A DNA stretch of 64,000 bases from Flavobacterium sp. (lineage in GTDB: Bacteria > Bacteroidota > Bacteroidia > Flavobacteriales > Flavobacteriaceae), in contig VEQT01000006.1 in NCBI GenBank assembly GCA_018883065.1, positions 1,581 to 65,580 of the forward strand. The letters are read 5' to 3'. The notes beneath the pieces are model-generated. The model saw only the letters and a list, made by a program, of their open reading frames with translations, had not been told where the DNA came from and did not search any database. This document shows, piece by piece, positions 8,513-17,437 of this stretch. Each line of letters begins with the position of its first letter. Within the stretch, counting starts at the first letter, position 1. Made by a program: the position numbers and the translations under genes.

Positions 8513-10584
8513 AACAGCACACTCATACCAATGAATCCATGGATTCCAGCTTGTGGATAAAAAAACACAGCTCCGCCGCCATAATCAGCACCGTTAGCGC
8601 TGTATTTCTTGTCGAACATATTGGCCAATAAACCAGAAAATACCACACTATTGAATACAGATTTCGGCTTAATTTCATAGCTAAAATTCAAATCATTTAC
8701 CCAATAATCTGCAAGTCGAGCATCACTAGTTTCCTCATTATTCAAAAACTGGGCGCTCACGTATTTTTGCAACCAACTCACTTTTAATGTCTTGCTAGGC
8801 GAATAGCTTAGTTGTGCACCCGAAATTAAATCTGGAGAAAAGGCTATGGTTTTGCCATTCCATGAATTTCCATCGCGAATTACATTTTTACTTTTAGTAA
8901 CATTGGCCTGCACCTGAAATTTTGATCCCAAAACCATACTGGCGTCAAGTTCAATACCCATGCGGTAACTTTTTCCTGTGTTGGCACGAATGGGATTACC
9001 CACCTCATCGAGTTGACCCGTTAGCACTAACTGATCTTGATAGCCCATATAATACCCATTTACAGCCCATTTTAGCTTTGCGGTTTGTTTTCGCCAGCCC
9101 AATTCAAAATCGTCCAACTTTTCAGGTCTTGGATTGCCGTTTTCATAATCGGTACGATTGGGCTCACGTTGGGCTTTGGCATAAGAAAAATACAATTGGT
9201 TTTTAGCATCCACTGCGTAGGTAAGTCCTGCCTTGGGGTTAAAAAAAGCAAAAACATCATCAACAGCAGTAGTTGAAATACCAGGCGCTGCATAGTACAC
9301 ATGCCTAAACTGAAGATCGGCATATGCGCTCCATTTGGCATTCAATTGAAATTGTCCTTTTACAAATACATTTCCATCTTTTTTTGTGGCCAAATTATCG
9401 TAGTAGCGGTCACCCAACTCATTGGTTGTAGCTACGCGCGTCCAAATTACCTTGCCAAAATGACTTCCAAAATAAGTGTTGTACCCGCCGCCTAAAAGCC
9501 ATTCTGTTTTATCGCTTTTTCGTTTCAAAGAAAAGGTAGTTCCATAAAAATCATTATCCAACCACTTTTGATCAACAACATCGCCAATTGTTTCAGGACC
9601 TGTTGGCACTAAATTATACAAAGCCAATTCGGCTTCATCGTTAAAGTTCTCGTAATACCCTTTTCCTTTGGTGTAATGCAAAGCAAAAGTGCTACTCCAT
9701 TTGGAAGAAAAGGTTTCGGTCCAATGCAGTTGCACATGATCTTGCTGGTAGTTGTCGGTTTGATTATCATAAAAACGCAGTTCACCATTGGCATCGGTGT
9801 ACATACCTGCAAAGTTAAAGGTGCGGGTGTTGTTTAGTGTTGCTGCATCTACACCATACCATGATTGATAGGTTTTTTCAGTTCCGCCAAAAACCAAGGC
9901 CTTTAATAAAGAGGTTTTACCAACAAAAGTAGCTTGCAAAAAGTAGGACTTTAATAGGGACTCTGCTCGATCAATGTAACCATCTGAAGCAATATTTGAA
10001 AGTCGACCCGCCAATTCAAATTGATTATTGAGTAAACCTGTACTAAATTTTACCGTATTTTTTCGGGTGTTAAAACTTCCCACCGAATTGTCTATTTGGG
10101 CATAACTTTTCTCCGAATAGGAATCGGTGAGCACATTCAAACTGGCGCCAAATGCACCTGCACCATTGGTTGAAGTTCCAACGCCACGCTGCAATTGAAC
10201 GCTGGCAACCGACGAAGCAAAATCGGGTAAATTTACCCAAAACGTGCTGTGGCTTTCGGAATCGTTATAGGGTATTCCATTCAGAGTAACGTTTACACGA
10301 GTAGCGTCACTTCCTCTAACCCGAACGCCCGTATACCCTATTCCATTTCCAGCATCAGAGGTGGTAACCACCGAAGGCATAAAATTGAGCAATAAAGGAA
10401 TGTCTTGTCCCAAATTGCGGGAAGCCAACTCCTTTTTGGTTAGGTTACTAAAACTAACTGGCGTGCTTGCAGTGGCGCGTATCGATGACACCAGCACCTC
10501 ATTTAAGGCATTGACCTTGGTTGTGTCTTGGATTTGGGCGAAAGTGATTGTTGAAAGAAAAAAAAGGGCAATAGTTGTTTTCAT
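8509..10584 (-). CDS. TonB-dependent receptor, probably for thiamine uptake
   Basis: Plug motifs (GQDIPLLL, VRGSDATR.NVTLNGIP.ND, VQLQRGVG), C-terminal F, TPP riboswitch upstream. Confidence 0.9.
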   Translation of the reverse strand: MKTTIALFFLSTITFAQIQDTTKVNALNEVLVSSIRATASTPVSFSNLTKKELASRNLGQDIPLLLNFMPSVVTTSDAGNGIGYTGVRVRGSDATRVNVTLNGIPYNDSESHSTFWVNLPDFASSVASVQLQRGVGTSTNGAGAFGASLNVLTDSYSEKSYAQIDNSVGSFNTRKNTVKFSTGLLNNQFELAGRLSNIASDGYIDRAESLLKSYFLQATFVGKTSLLKALVFGGTEKTYQSWYGVDAATLNNTRTFNFAGMYTDANGELRFYDNQTDNYQQDHVQLHWTETFSSKWSSTFALHYTKGKGYYENFNDEAELALYNLVPTGPETIGDVVDQKWLDNDFYGTTFSLKRKSDKTEWLLGGGYNTYFGSHFGKVIWTRVATTNELGDRYYDNLATKKDGNVFVKGQFQLNAKWSAYADLQFRHVYYAAPGISTTAVDDVFAFFNPKAGLTYAVDAKNQLYFSYAKAQREPNRTDYENGNPRPEKLDDFELGWRKQTAKLKWAVNGYYMGYQDQLVLTGQLDEVGNPIRANTGKSYRMGIELDASMVLGSKFQVQANVTKSKNVIRDGNSWNGKTIAFSPDLISGAQLSYSPSKTLKVSWLQKYVSAQFLNNEETSDARLADYWVNDLNFSYEIKPKSVFNSVVFSGLLANMFDKKYSANGADYGGGAVFFYPQAGIHGFIGMSVLF

Positions 10585-10719
10585 TCGTACTTGTATTACG
10601 AATAAAAGGGGTAATTATTCTTTGGTTAAAAAAAAGTTGTTCTTGCTTTGCTTAGAAAAGAAGTAAGATGCGCAGTCTAGCTTCTTAACTAAAAATGTTT
10701 GTGTAACATTTCTTGCTTG

Positions 10720-10798
10720 GCATTCCCTTGGCAGCATTACCTGCCCAGGTTCGTTGGGTATAATCTCAGCTCGTAATTTAGAGCACCCCTTTGAGACG
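10720..10798 (-). ncRNA. TPP riboswitch
   Basis: Minus strand AAAGGGGTGCTC...GAGCTGAGATTATACCCAACGAACCTGGGCAGGTAATGCTGCCAAGGGAA matches the THI-box consensus (GGGGUG, CUGAGA, ACCC, GAACCUG, UAAUGC, AGGGA). Confidence 0.95.
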
Positions 10799-10801
10799 GG
10801 A

Positions 10802-10809
10802 CAAATATA
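10802..10809 (-). promoter_or_regulatory. Bacteroidota -7 promoter element for the riboswitch/TBDR unit
   Basis: TATATTTG on the minus strand directly before the aptamer. Confidence 0.65.
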
Positions 10810-10819
10810 CTTGAAAAAA

Positions 10820-11221
10820 TTATAAATCAGGTTTGCGACGTAATTTTTTAGTTTCGGACCATGACTGCTTGTCTTTGAGTCGTTTACGAATAGCCGATTT
10901 GGGTACCTTGGTTATTTTTCTTGGCTGATCAATAATCAATGCCGCTTCTATGAGCAATAAAAAACGTTTCAAGGCACGCGTTTTGTTTTGAATTTGACTG
11001 CGGCTTTCGTCACAGCTTAGTTGTATTTGTTGGTCTTTACTGAGACGACTAGCCCATTTTTCAAGCAAAATCTGCTTTTCTTCAACGGATAAGGCGTTTG
11101 ATGCCGACAAATCAAATGAAAGTACAATCTTTGACGATACTTTGTTTACATGCTGACCGCCAGGGCCAGCGCTTCGGATGGCCTTGAATCGAAGTTCTCT
11201 TTGTAGTATTCCCCAGTTCAT
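10820..11221 (-). CDS. arfB: Alternative ribosome rescue peptidyl-tRNA hydrolase ArfB
   Basis: SAGPGGQHVNK (GGQ), basic C-terminal tail. Confidence 0.95.
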   Translation of the reverse strand: MNWGILQRELRFKAIRSAGPGGQHVNKVSSKIVLSFDLSASNALSVEEKQILLEKWASRLSKDQQIQLSCDESRSQIQNKTRALKRFLLLIEAALIIDQPRKITKVPKSAIRKRLKDKQSWSETKKLRRKPDL

Positions 11222-13335
11222 TAGTGTGGTTGATGTGCCGACTTAAGCAAATCGTTTACTGTCTTTACAGGATTAAATGTGAGCAAAGGAACTTCCACAA
11301 AAACAGTGAGCCAACGGGCCATGGCTCCGTTCCAAAGTCCGGGTAATTCATAGGCCTTAAATTCTACGCCGTTTTTTGCTTTAGACACCACAAAACCGGT
11401 TGTGGGATCAACAAAGTTTAACAAGTTAAATTTTTCGCCACGGTAATTTTTTAAGCCACACACCAAGTCTACCGGATTAAAGTGAGTTGATTGCTGCATA
11501 ATTTGTGCCTGAATTGGATTATGTAAATCGACTTGGGCCGATTCAACTATTTGCAAAGATAAATTGCCATTGGCGTTGCGCACCCAAAATGGACCACCGC
11601 CGGGTTCGCCCTCGTTTTTAACCATTCCACATACCCGTAGGGGTCGATTGAGTTTGTCTTTGATATAACTCCACTTATTTTCAGTGGTAAATTTGTAAAA
11701 ATCGTCGTTAATCGAACAATTTAAACTGTGAACCATCCACTCCACAACTGAATCTAATTCAAATTCAGAAATCGTTTGGGTATCTATTTTATTTAACAAA
11801 TCAAATACTTGTTCTTGCAAACGAATCAAATGTCCGGCCAACGCTTTTTTATATATTGCAATTTCATTCAACTGATTTTGACTCACATTATCAATGTTCT
11901 TGATAAACACCACATCGGCATCCAGCAACCCTAAGTTATGAATCAAGGCACCATGCCCAGCTGGCCTGAGCGTAATCGTATTGGTTTCAGAACGCAAGGG
12001 CTCAAAATCAGCGTTGATTGCAAGTGTATCCGTATGGGCAAATTGATACGAATAGTTTACTTGTATTTGAGTTTGGGTGTGCGTTTCGATTTTAGATTTG
12101 GTCGAATTAAGCACTGTTTGAAACAAGGTTTCATGGGCTTGCGAAACAGTAAAATGAAGATGTGAAACCCCATTTGAATTGGCATAAGTAGCGCATTCTT
12201 TGAGGTGTTCTTCTACTGGAGTAGCCAAATGACCCGTGTATTTGTGAAAATCAAGTACTCCTTTTGGTTTGTTGGCCATATCAAATTGATTGGGATGCAA
12301 CATATATTGAATAAAATAAAAATGTTTCGCATCTTGTTCCCAGGAAGCATATTCTTTAAAATCTGCCAGTAATTTTTTTTGAATCTTTTTATAAAATGAA
12401 AATTTTTCAATTCCTGCTAAAAAAAGAGCCAAATCACGGTTGTTCGATCGATTTATGTAGGCATTAATGGTTTCTTGGTGCGGGTTATAGTCACGCACAA
12501 AATCGTTCAAAAACTTAAACATTCTACTGGCTGCACCTGAAGCAGGCACAAATTTTTTCAGCTTATACGTTGATTTTCGTTCCTCAAAAAAAGTCGTCAG
12601 TTGTTGAATTTGTTCGGTATCAAATTGGATAATTCCATCCAGAATGGTTGCAGGGCGTTCCAATTGAATTGGTTTAGGCCCTTGTTTGATAAGCTGAATG
12701 TGTTCAAACAATTTGGTAATTGGTATGCCATGATGTATTACTTGCACGTAATCATGAGCAGTGAACCCATAACTTTTTGCTTTTTGGTAATCCAAACAAT
12801 GCATAATTGCGGCTGATAAACGCGTTTCTTTACTTCCCGATAATCGAATGTACGGTTTTTGATTGGCCACTAAAGCCGCTTCAAAATGGGCCAAGGCCTC
12901 CTCTCTTTGTTGGGGTCTGTCGCGTAAATCATCGGCTTCCCAAGGCACATCAATATCGGTGAGAAAAAATAAATCGTATTTGTGTTTGCGGGCAGTCTTC
13001 TCAAGAACAGGATCACACGTTTGGTAATACATCTCAGAATACACCTTGGTAACCATCAAAGTGGTGTCACAAAAAACAAAATCAGTTGCTGTTTGTATAG
13101 CCTCATTTTCAAGTGCCACTTGACCAATTGCAATTGGCATCAAATCTTCGGGAGTACAGGTTTGTTGGGCCGTGTCCCATTTGAGTTGCAAATAGTCACG
13201 GGCATACTCAGCTACCCAATTGGTGCTAAAATGTTTAGCTAATTGCTTGGCCAAAGTAGTTTTACCTGTACTCTCTGGGCCGTATATTGCTACTTTTATG
13301 AGGCTTGTAGCCTGTTGTTTAAGATGTTCTTCCAT
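11221..13335 (-). CDS. NadR-like ATPase/kinase (AAA_28) fused to DUF4301
   Basis: GPESTGKTT P-loop, EYARDY, DT, VPWEADDLRD; then VPASGAASRMFK, RPAGHGAL, KNIDNV, GEPGGGPFW, FNPVKT. Confidence 0.85.
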   Translation of the reverse strand: MEEHLKQQATSLIKVAIYGPESTGKTTLAKQLAKHFSTNWVAEYARDYLQLKWDTAQQTCTPEDLMPIAIGQVALENEAIQTATDFVFCDTTLMVTKVYSEMYYQTCDPVLEKTARKHKYDLFFLTDIDVPWEADDLRDRPQQREEALAHFEAALVANQKPYIRLSGSKETRLSAAIMHCLDYQKAKSYGFTAHDYVQVIHHGIPITKLFEHIQLIKQGPKPIQLERPATILDGIIQFDTEQIQQLTTFFEERKSTYKLKKFVPASGAASRMFKFLNDFVRDYNPHQETINAYINRSNNRDLALFLAGIEKFSFYKKIQKKLLADFKEYASWEQDAKHFYFIQYMLHPNQFDMANKPKGVLDFHKYTGHLATPVEEHLKECATYANSNGVSHLHFTVSQAHETLFQTVLNSTKSKIETHTQTQIQVNYSYQFAHTDTLAINADFEPLRSETNTITLRPAGHGALIHNLGLLDADVVFIKNIDNVSQNQLNEIAIYKKALAGHLIRLQEQVFDLLNKIDTQTISEFELDSVVEWMVHSLNCSINDDFYKFTTENKWSYIKDKLNRPLRVCGMVKNEGEPGGGPFWVRNANGNLSLQIVESAQVDLHNPIQAQIMQQSTHFNPVDLVCGLKNYRGEKFNLLNFVDPTTGFVVSKAKNGVEFKAYELPGLWNGAMARWLTVFVEVPLLTFNPVKTVNDLLKSAHQPH

Positions 13336-13919
13336 TCGATAAAGCCGTAAATGGCGATGCTAGTAAAAATAAGATATTGAATGCTGGTAAAGGTATACCC
13401 TTTTGCAAAATATAACGGAATCGAAATGAGATCGCCAGCAATCCAAAACAACCAATTTTCAATCTTTCGTCGAGCCATGAGCCACATGCCCACAAAAAAT
13501 AGACCCGTAACAAATGTATCTAGATAGGTTGTCCAATGCGTAAACTTACCAAAAATGAAGTAAATCAACACCACAAATAGCGCGGCTGCTATAAATAACA
13601 ACATGGCATGTACATATTCTTTTGGTTGCATGCGAGAAATGGCCAATTCGTTGTGTTGGTCATCCTTTCTTGACCATATTATCCAGCCGTATATACTCAT
13701 GCCAACATAGTAGGCATTAATGAGCATGTCGCCCAACAGATTCCATTTCCATAACAAATACACATAAATGGCGGTATTAATTAATCCTGTAGGAAACACA
13801 GTCAAACTGTTTTTTTTGGCAGCCCAAACACTCCATAATCCAAACAAAATAGCCGTAAGTTCCAAGGCAATTTCATAAGTTGGATAGGTAGAATATTGTG
13901 CAAATAAAAAGTCTAACAT
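13296..13919 (-). CDS. pnuC: PnuC-family vitamin/nucleoside transporter
   Basis: Multi-TM; YGW..W, LMARRKIENWLFWIAGD. Confidence 0.9.
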   Translation of the reverse strand: MLDFLFAQYSTYPTYEIALELTAILFGLWSVWAAKKNSLTVFPTGLINTAIYVYLLWKWNLLGDMLINAYYVGMSIYGWIIWSRKDDQHNELAISRMQPKEYVHAMLLFIAAALFVVLIYFIFGKFTHWTTYLDTFVTGLFFVGMWLMARRKIENWLFWIAGDLISIPLYFAKGYTFTSIQYLIFTSIAIYGFIEWKNILNNRLQAS

Positions 13920-14632
13920 GAGGTAAAAAATTGCGGATCTTCTTCAAAAGCAGTTCCAATTACAACCACATCGGCTCCTGCTGAATAGGCCGCTTGAATT
14001 TCCTGCTGCGAACGAAGACCTCCACCTACGATAAGCGGAACTGAAATTGATTGTGATACGGCTTGGATCATCTCTAAAGGGACGGACAACTGCGCACCAC
14101 TGCCTGCTTCTAAGTAGATGAGTTTAGCCCCTAAATATTCCCCTGCCTTTGCCGTGTGTACTGCCAAATCAATGTCTATTCTGGAAATGGGTTTTGTGTT
14201 ACTCACCCGCTCCACACTAGTAACTTGACCGCTTTCGATGAGCAAATAGCCGGTAGAAATGACTTCCAAATCCATCTGCATCAAAGTAGGTGTAGCGTCA
14301 ACTTGTTGTTGAATTAAATAATCGGGATTTCTGCCTGAGAGCAAACTCAAAAACAAAATGGCATCGGCCTGTGTTGAAAGCTGGGAAGAATTTCCGGGAA
14401 ACAAAACTACTGGTAAATCGATAGCTTTTTTTAGTGCTTGCACCAACTCATCAATGGCCAACGCACTATGGCTGCTTCCGCCCACTAAGATCAAATGAGC
14501 TGGCGAATGTTGAATGGCGCAAATAGTACTTTCCCACGCTTCCCAATTTATTTTTTCAGGATCCAATAAAATAGCCAATTGCTTTATTCCGTTGGCTTTT
14601 TTTGAACAAATTTGGGGATAAAGTGTTTGCAT
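13913..14632 (-). CDS. Geranylgeranylglyceryl/heptaprenylglyceryl phosphate synthase
   Basis: LLDPEK, LVGGS, VLFPG, SLLSGRNP, YLEAGSGA, VGGG. Confidence 0.9.
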   Translation of the reverse strand: MQTLYPQICSKKANGIKQLAILLDPEKINWEAWESTICAIQHSPAHLILVGGSSHSALAIDELVQALKKAIDLPVVLFPGNSSQLSTQADAILFLSLLSGRNPDYLIQQQVDATPTLMQMDLEVISTGYLLIESGQVTSVERVSNTKPISRIDIDLAVHTAKAGEYLGAKLIYLEAGSGAQLSVPLEMIQAVSQSISVPLIVGGGLRSQQEIQAAYSAGADVVVIGTAFEEDPQFFTSC

Positions 14633-15264
14633 TAGGTGGTTTCAAAAGTATAGACCAACGCATAATCGGCCAGGAGTTGATACTGTACTGCAAAATTTCT
14701 TGGCAATAAACCTAAGGCAAGCGTGGCCGAAGTATGTGCCGAATTCAATTTAAATGGCGCTACAAAAATATGATCTTTGAAACTAATTCCTTCTTGATTG
14801 ACTATTTTAAATACCGCTTCCTTAGCTCCCCAAATCACGGTGAGTCGTTGGATTTCGGTTGTTAAATCAGGGGCCAAATAGTGCAATTCAGTGGCACAAA
14901 ATTTGGAGCCAATTTTAGCCACTTTCTCGCGTACCAGTTCTACATCAACGCCAACAGATTGATTGCTTACAATTACAACTGCCAATTGGTGTGAATGCGA
15001 AATGGAGATAAATTTTCCGTCAGTCAAATGCGGTTTGCCGCTGGCATCGTAATATAAATCGGCATCGGTATACCCCAACCGCAAAAGCAATTGGCGCACA
15101 CTTAAAAATGCCCGTTGATGCAAAACAGATTTCATCGATTGGATGCGACGCTGGCTCTGCTCAGTAAGAACCAAATTACCATGTAACTCAGCAATGGATT
15201 CGTCAATTGACCAAACCAATAATTGGGTGTGACTATTTGGATGAACATGCAAATACAACGACAT
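14632..15264 (-). CDS. 4'-phosphopantetheinyl transferase superfamily protein
   Basis: GKPHL, ISISHS, VGVDVE, WGAKEAVFK. Confidence 0.9.
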   Translation of the reverse strand: MSLYLHVHPNSHTQLLVWSIDESIAELHGNLVLTEQSQRRIQSMKSVLHQRAFLSVRQLLLRLGYTDADLYYDASGKPHLTDGKFISISHSHQLAVVIVSNQSVGVDVELVREKVAKIGSKFCATELHYLAPDLTTEIQRLTVIWGAKEAVFKIVNQEGISFKDHIFVAPFKLNSAHTSATLALGLLPRNFAVQYQLLADYALVYTFETT

Positions 15265-15416
15265 AGCTAAAGCAGGGAAATTTCAAAAACGTTTTCGTTA
15301 ACTAAAAACAGCTAGCGTCGTTTTAATTGAAAAATATTTTGTTGAAAATTAAACGATTACGGGGATAAACAATTCACAAATCAGTTTAAAACTTTTTTAA
15401 ATCCTAAGTTATTGTC

Positions 15417-15424
15417 TAAATTTG
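15417..15424 (+). promoter_or_regulatory. -7 promoter element of ahcY
   Basis: TAAATTTG 32 nt before the ATG. Confidence 0.6.
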
Positions 15425-15455
15425 CCCAAAATTTTTAAATACAAATATACTATAA

Positions 15456-16772
15456 ATGAGTACGACAACTATGCCTTATGTGGCCTACAAAGTAAAAGAC
15501 ATTTCCTTGGCAGCTTGGGGAAGAAAAGAAATTGAATTGGCTGAAGCTGAAATGCCGGGTTTAATGGCACTTCGTGCAGAATATGGCGCAAGTCAACCGT
15601 TAAAAGGAGCACGCATTGCAGGCTGTTTACACATGACTATCCAAACAGCAGTATTAATTGAAACCTTAATTGCTCTTGGAGCTGAAGTTACTTGGTCATC
15701 GTGTAACATTTTCTCAACGCAAGACCAAGCCGCAGCAGCCATTGCCGCAGCAGGTATTCAAGTTTATGCATGGAAGGGATTAAACGAAGAAGACTTTGAT
15801 TGGTGTATTGAGCAAACGTTATTCTTTGGTGAAGACCGCAAACCGTTAAACATGATTTTAGATGATGGAGGTGATTTAACCAATATGGTATTTGATCGTT
15901 ACCCAGAATTAATTGACGGAATTAAAGGATTGTCTGAAGAAACGACTACGGGTGTTCACCGTTTGTATGAGCGCATGAAAAATGGCACCTTGTTTATGCC
16001 AGCCATCAATGTGAATGACTCGGTAACTAAATCTAAATTTGACAACAAATACGGTTGTAAAGAATCGGCGGTTGATGCCATTCGTAGAGCTACTGACGTA
16101 ATGTTGGCCGGAAAACGTGTAGTTGTGTGTGGATACGGAGATGTTGGGAAAGGAACTGCTGCTTCATTCCGCGGCGCAGGTTCAATTGTTACAGTAACAG
16201 AAATTGATCCAATATGCGCGCTTCAAGCTGCTATGGACGGATTTGAAGTTAAAAAATTGAATACTGTTGTTGCAAATGCCGACATTGTGATTACTACAAC
16301 TGGAAACAAAAACATCGTTTTGGGAAGTCACTTTGAACAAATGAAAGACAAAACCATTGTGTGTAACATTGGTCATTTTGATAACGAAATTGACATGGCT
16401 TGGTTAAATAAAAACCACGGTGCTTCAAAAGTTGAAATTAAACCACAAGTAGATAAATATACCATTGCAGGTAAAGACATTTTGATTTTAGCCGAAGGTC
16501 GTTTGGTTAACTTAGGTTGCGCTACAGGACACCCAAGTTTTGTAATGAGTAACTCATTTACAAATCAAACCTTGGCTCAAATAGAGTTATGGACCAACAG
16601 TGCTGCATACAAAAATGAAGTGTACATGTTACCCAAACACCTCGACGAAAAAGTAGCAGCTTTACACCTTGCAAAATTAGGCGTAGAACTCGAAACCTTA
16701 AACGATGAACAAGCAGCTTACATTGGCGTTGCTGTTCAAGGACCGTTTAAGCCAGAGTATTATAGATACTAA
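15456..16772 (+). CDS. ahcY: Adenosylhomocysteinase
   Basis: [48 protein letters not shown]. Confidence 0.98.
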   Translation: MSTTTMPYVAYKVKDISLAAWGRKEIELAEAEMPGLMALRAEYGASQPLKGARIAGCLHMTIQTAVLIETLIALGAEVTWSSCNIFSTQDQAAAAIAAAGIQVYAWKGLNEEDFDWCIEQTLFFGEDRKPLNMILDDGGDLTNMVFDRYPELIDGIKGLSEETTTGVHRLYERMKNGTLFMPAINVNDSVTKSKFDNKYGCKESAVDAIRRATDVMLAGKRVVVCGYGDVGKGTAASFRGAGSIVTVTEIDPICALQAAMDGFEVKKLNTVVANADIVITTTGNKNIVLGSHFEQMKDKTIVCNIGHFDNEIDMAWLNKNHGASKVEIKPQVDKYTIAGKDILILAEGRLVNLGCATGHPSFVMSNSFTNQTLAQIELWTNSAAYKNEVYMLPKHLDEKVAALHLAKLGVELETLNDEQAAYIGVAVQGPFKPEYYRY

Positions 16773-16796
16773 GATTTTAGAATTAAATATTGATAC

Positions 16797-16826
16797 AAAG
16801 CCCTTACATTGCTGTAAGGGTTTTTT
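16797..16826 (+). terminator. Intrinsic terminator of ahcY
   Basis: AAAGCCCTTAC-ATTGCT-GTAAGGGTTTTTT. Confidence 0.85.
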
Positions 16827-16849
16827 GTTTTTTACCTCGAATGAACGAT

Positions 16850-17334
16850 TTTTTTAGATGACAGACAAAAAGAGATTAGATGACAGACGTAGCTAAGAAA
16901 TTCCAATCTAAAAATTCCAATGCCGAAGCGTTGGGACCTAAAACTTGATTATTGGTTTTCGCAACACAGATTTATAAAATTTGTGAAATAATTAAAATTT
17001 TTCAGATTATATACATTTCTTCAATCCGTGCTCCAAAAAAAATATTTGCCACGAATGCACGAATTATATAAATTCCAATATAAAAATTCCAATCCCGATG
17101 CTTCGGGACCAACAACCACAATAGCACCACCGAAGACTTCCATGACCATAGGATTTGGCAGGCGTCCCGAAGCGTCGGGACAAAAGGGTGAGACTTCCGT
17201 AAAGAAACTCAAACTGTTTGAGTCCGCGAGGTAACGAGCGGGAGAGTTTTTGAGTTTTAGGAAGTGAGCCTATTTTGATCGCCGAAAATCCAAGGTCTTG
17301 ATTTTTTGTTTCTTTTTCATCAAGGAAAAAGAAA
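16850..17334. repeat. Composite modular intergenic repeat, locus 1 (modules A-B-C-B-D-B-E)
   Basis: Near-identical blocks recur at 53630-54075; CCCGAAGCTTCGGGAC-type palindromes at about 16921, 17093 and 17165. Confidence 0.9.
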
Positions 17335-17399
17335 GGAATAACATTTGGAATTACACTATTTCATTTTTAGAATAATGACTTTAAAAAAAGCTACTAGCT

Positions 17400-17434
17400 A
17401 AAAAAAAGGAGAACAGTGCTGTTCTCCTTTTTTT
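17400..17434. terminator. Bidirectional intrinsic terminator
   Basis: A8-GGAGAACAG-TG-CTGTTCTCC-T7 perfect inverted repeat. Confidence 0.85.
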
Positions 17435-17437
17435 GTT

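Noticed and set aside
15265-15455. SAH or SAM riboswitch before ahcY
   Set aside because: AT-rich, the promoter motif leaves only a ~25-nt leader, and no consensus aptamer is present
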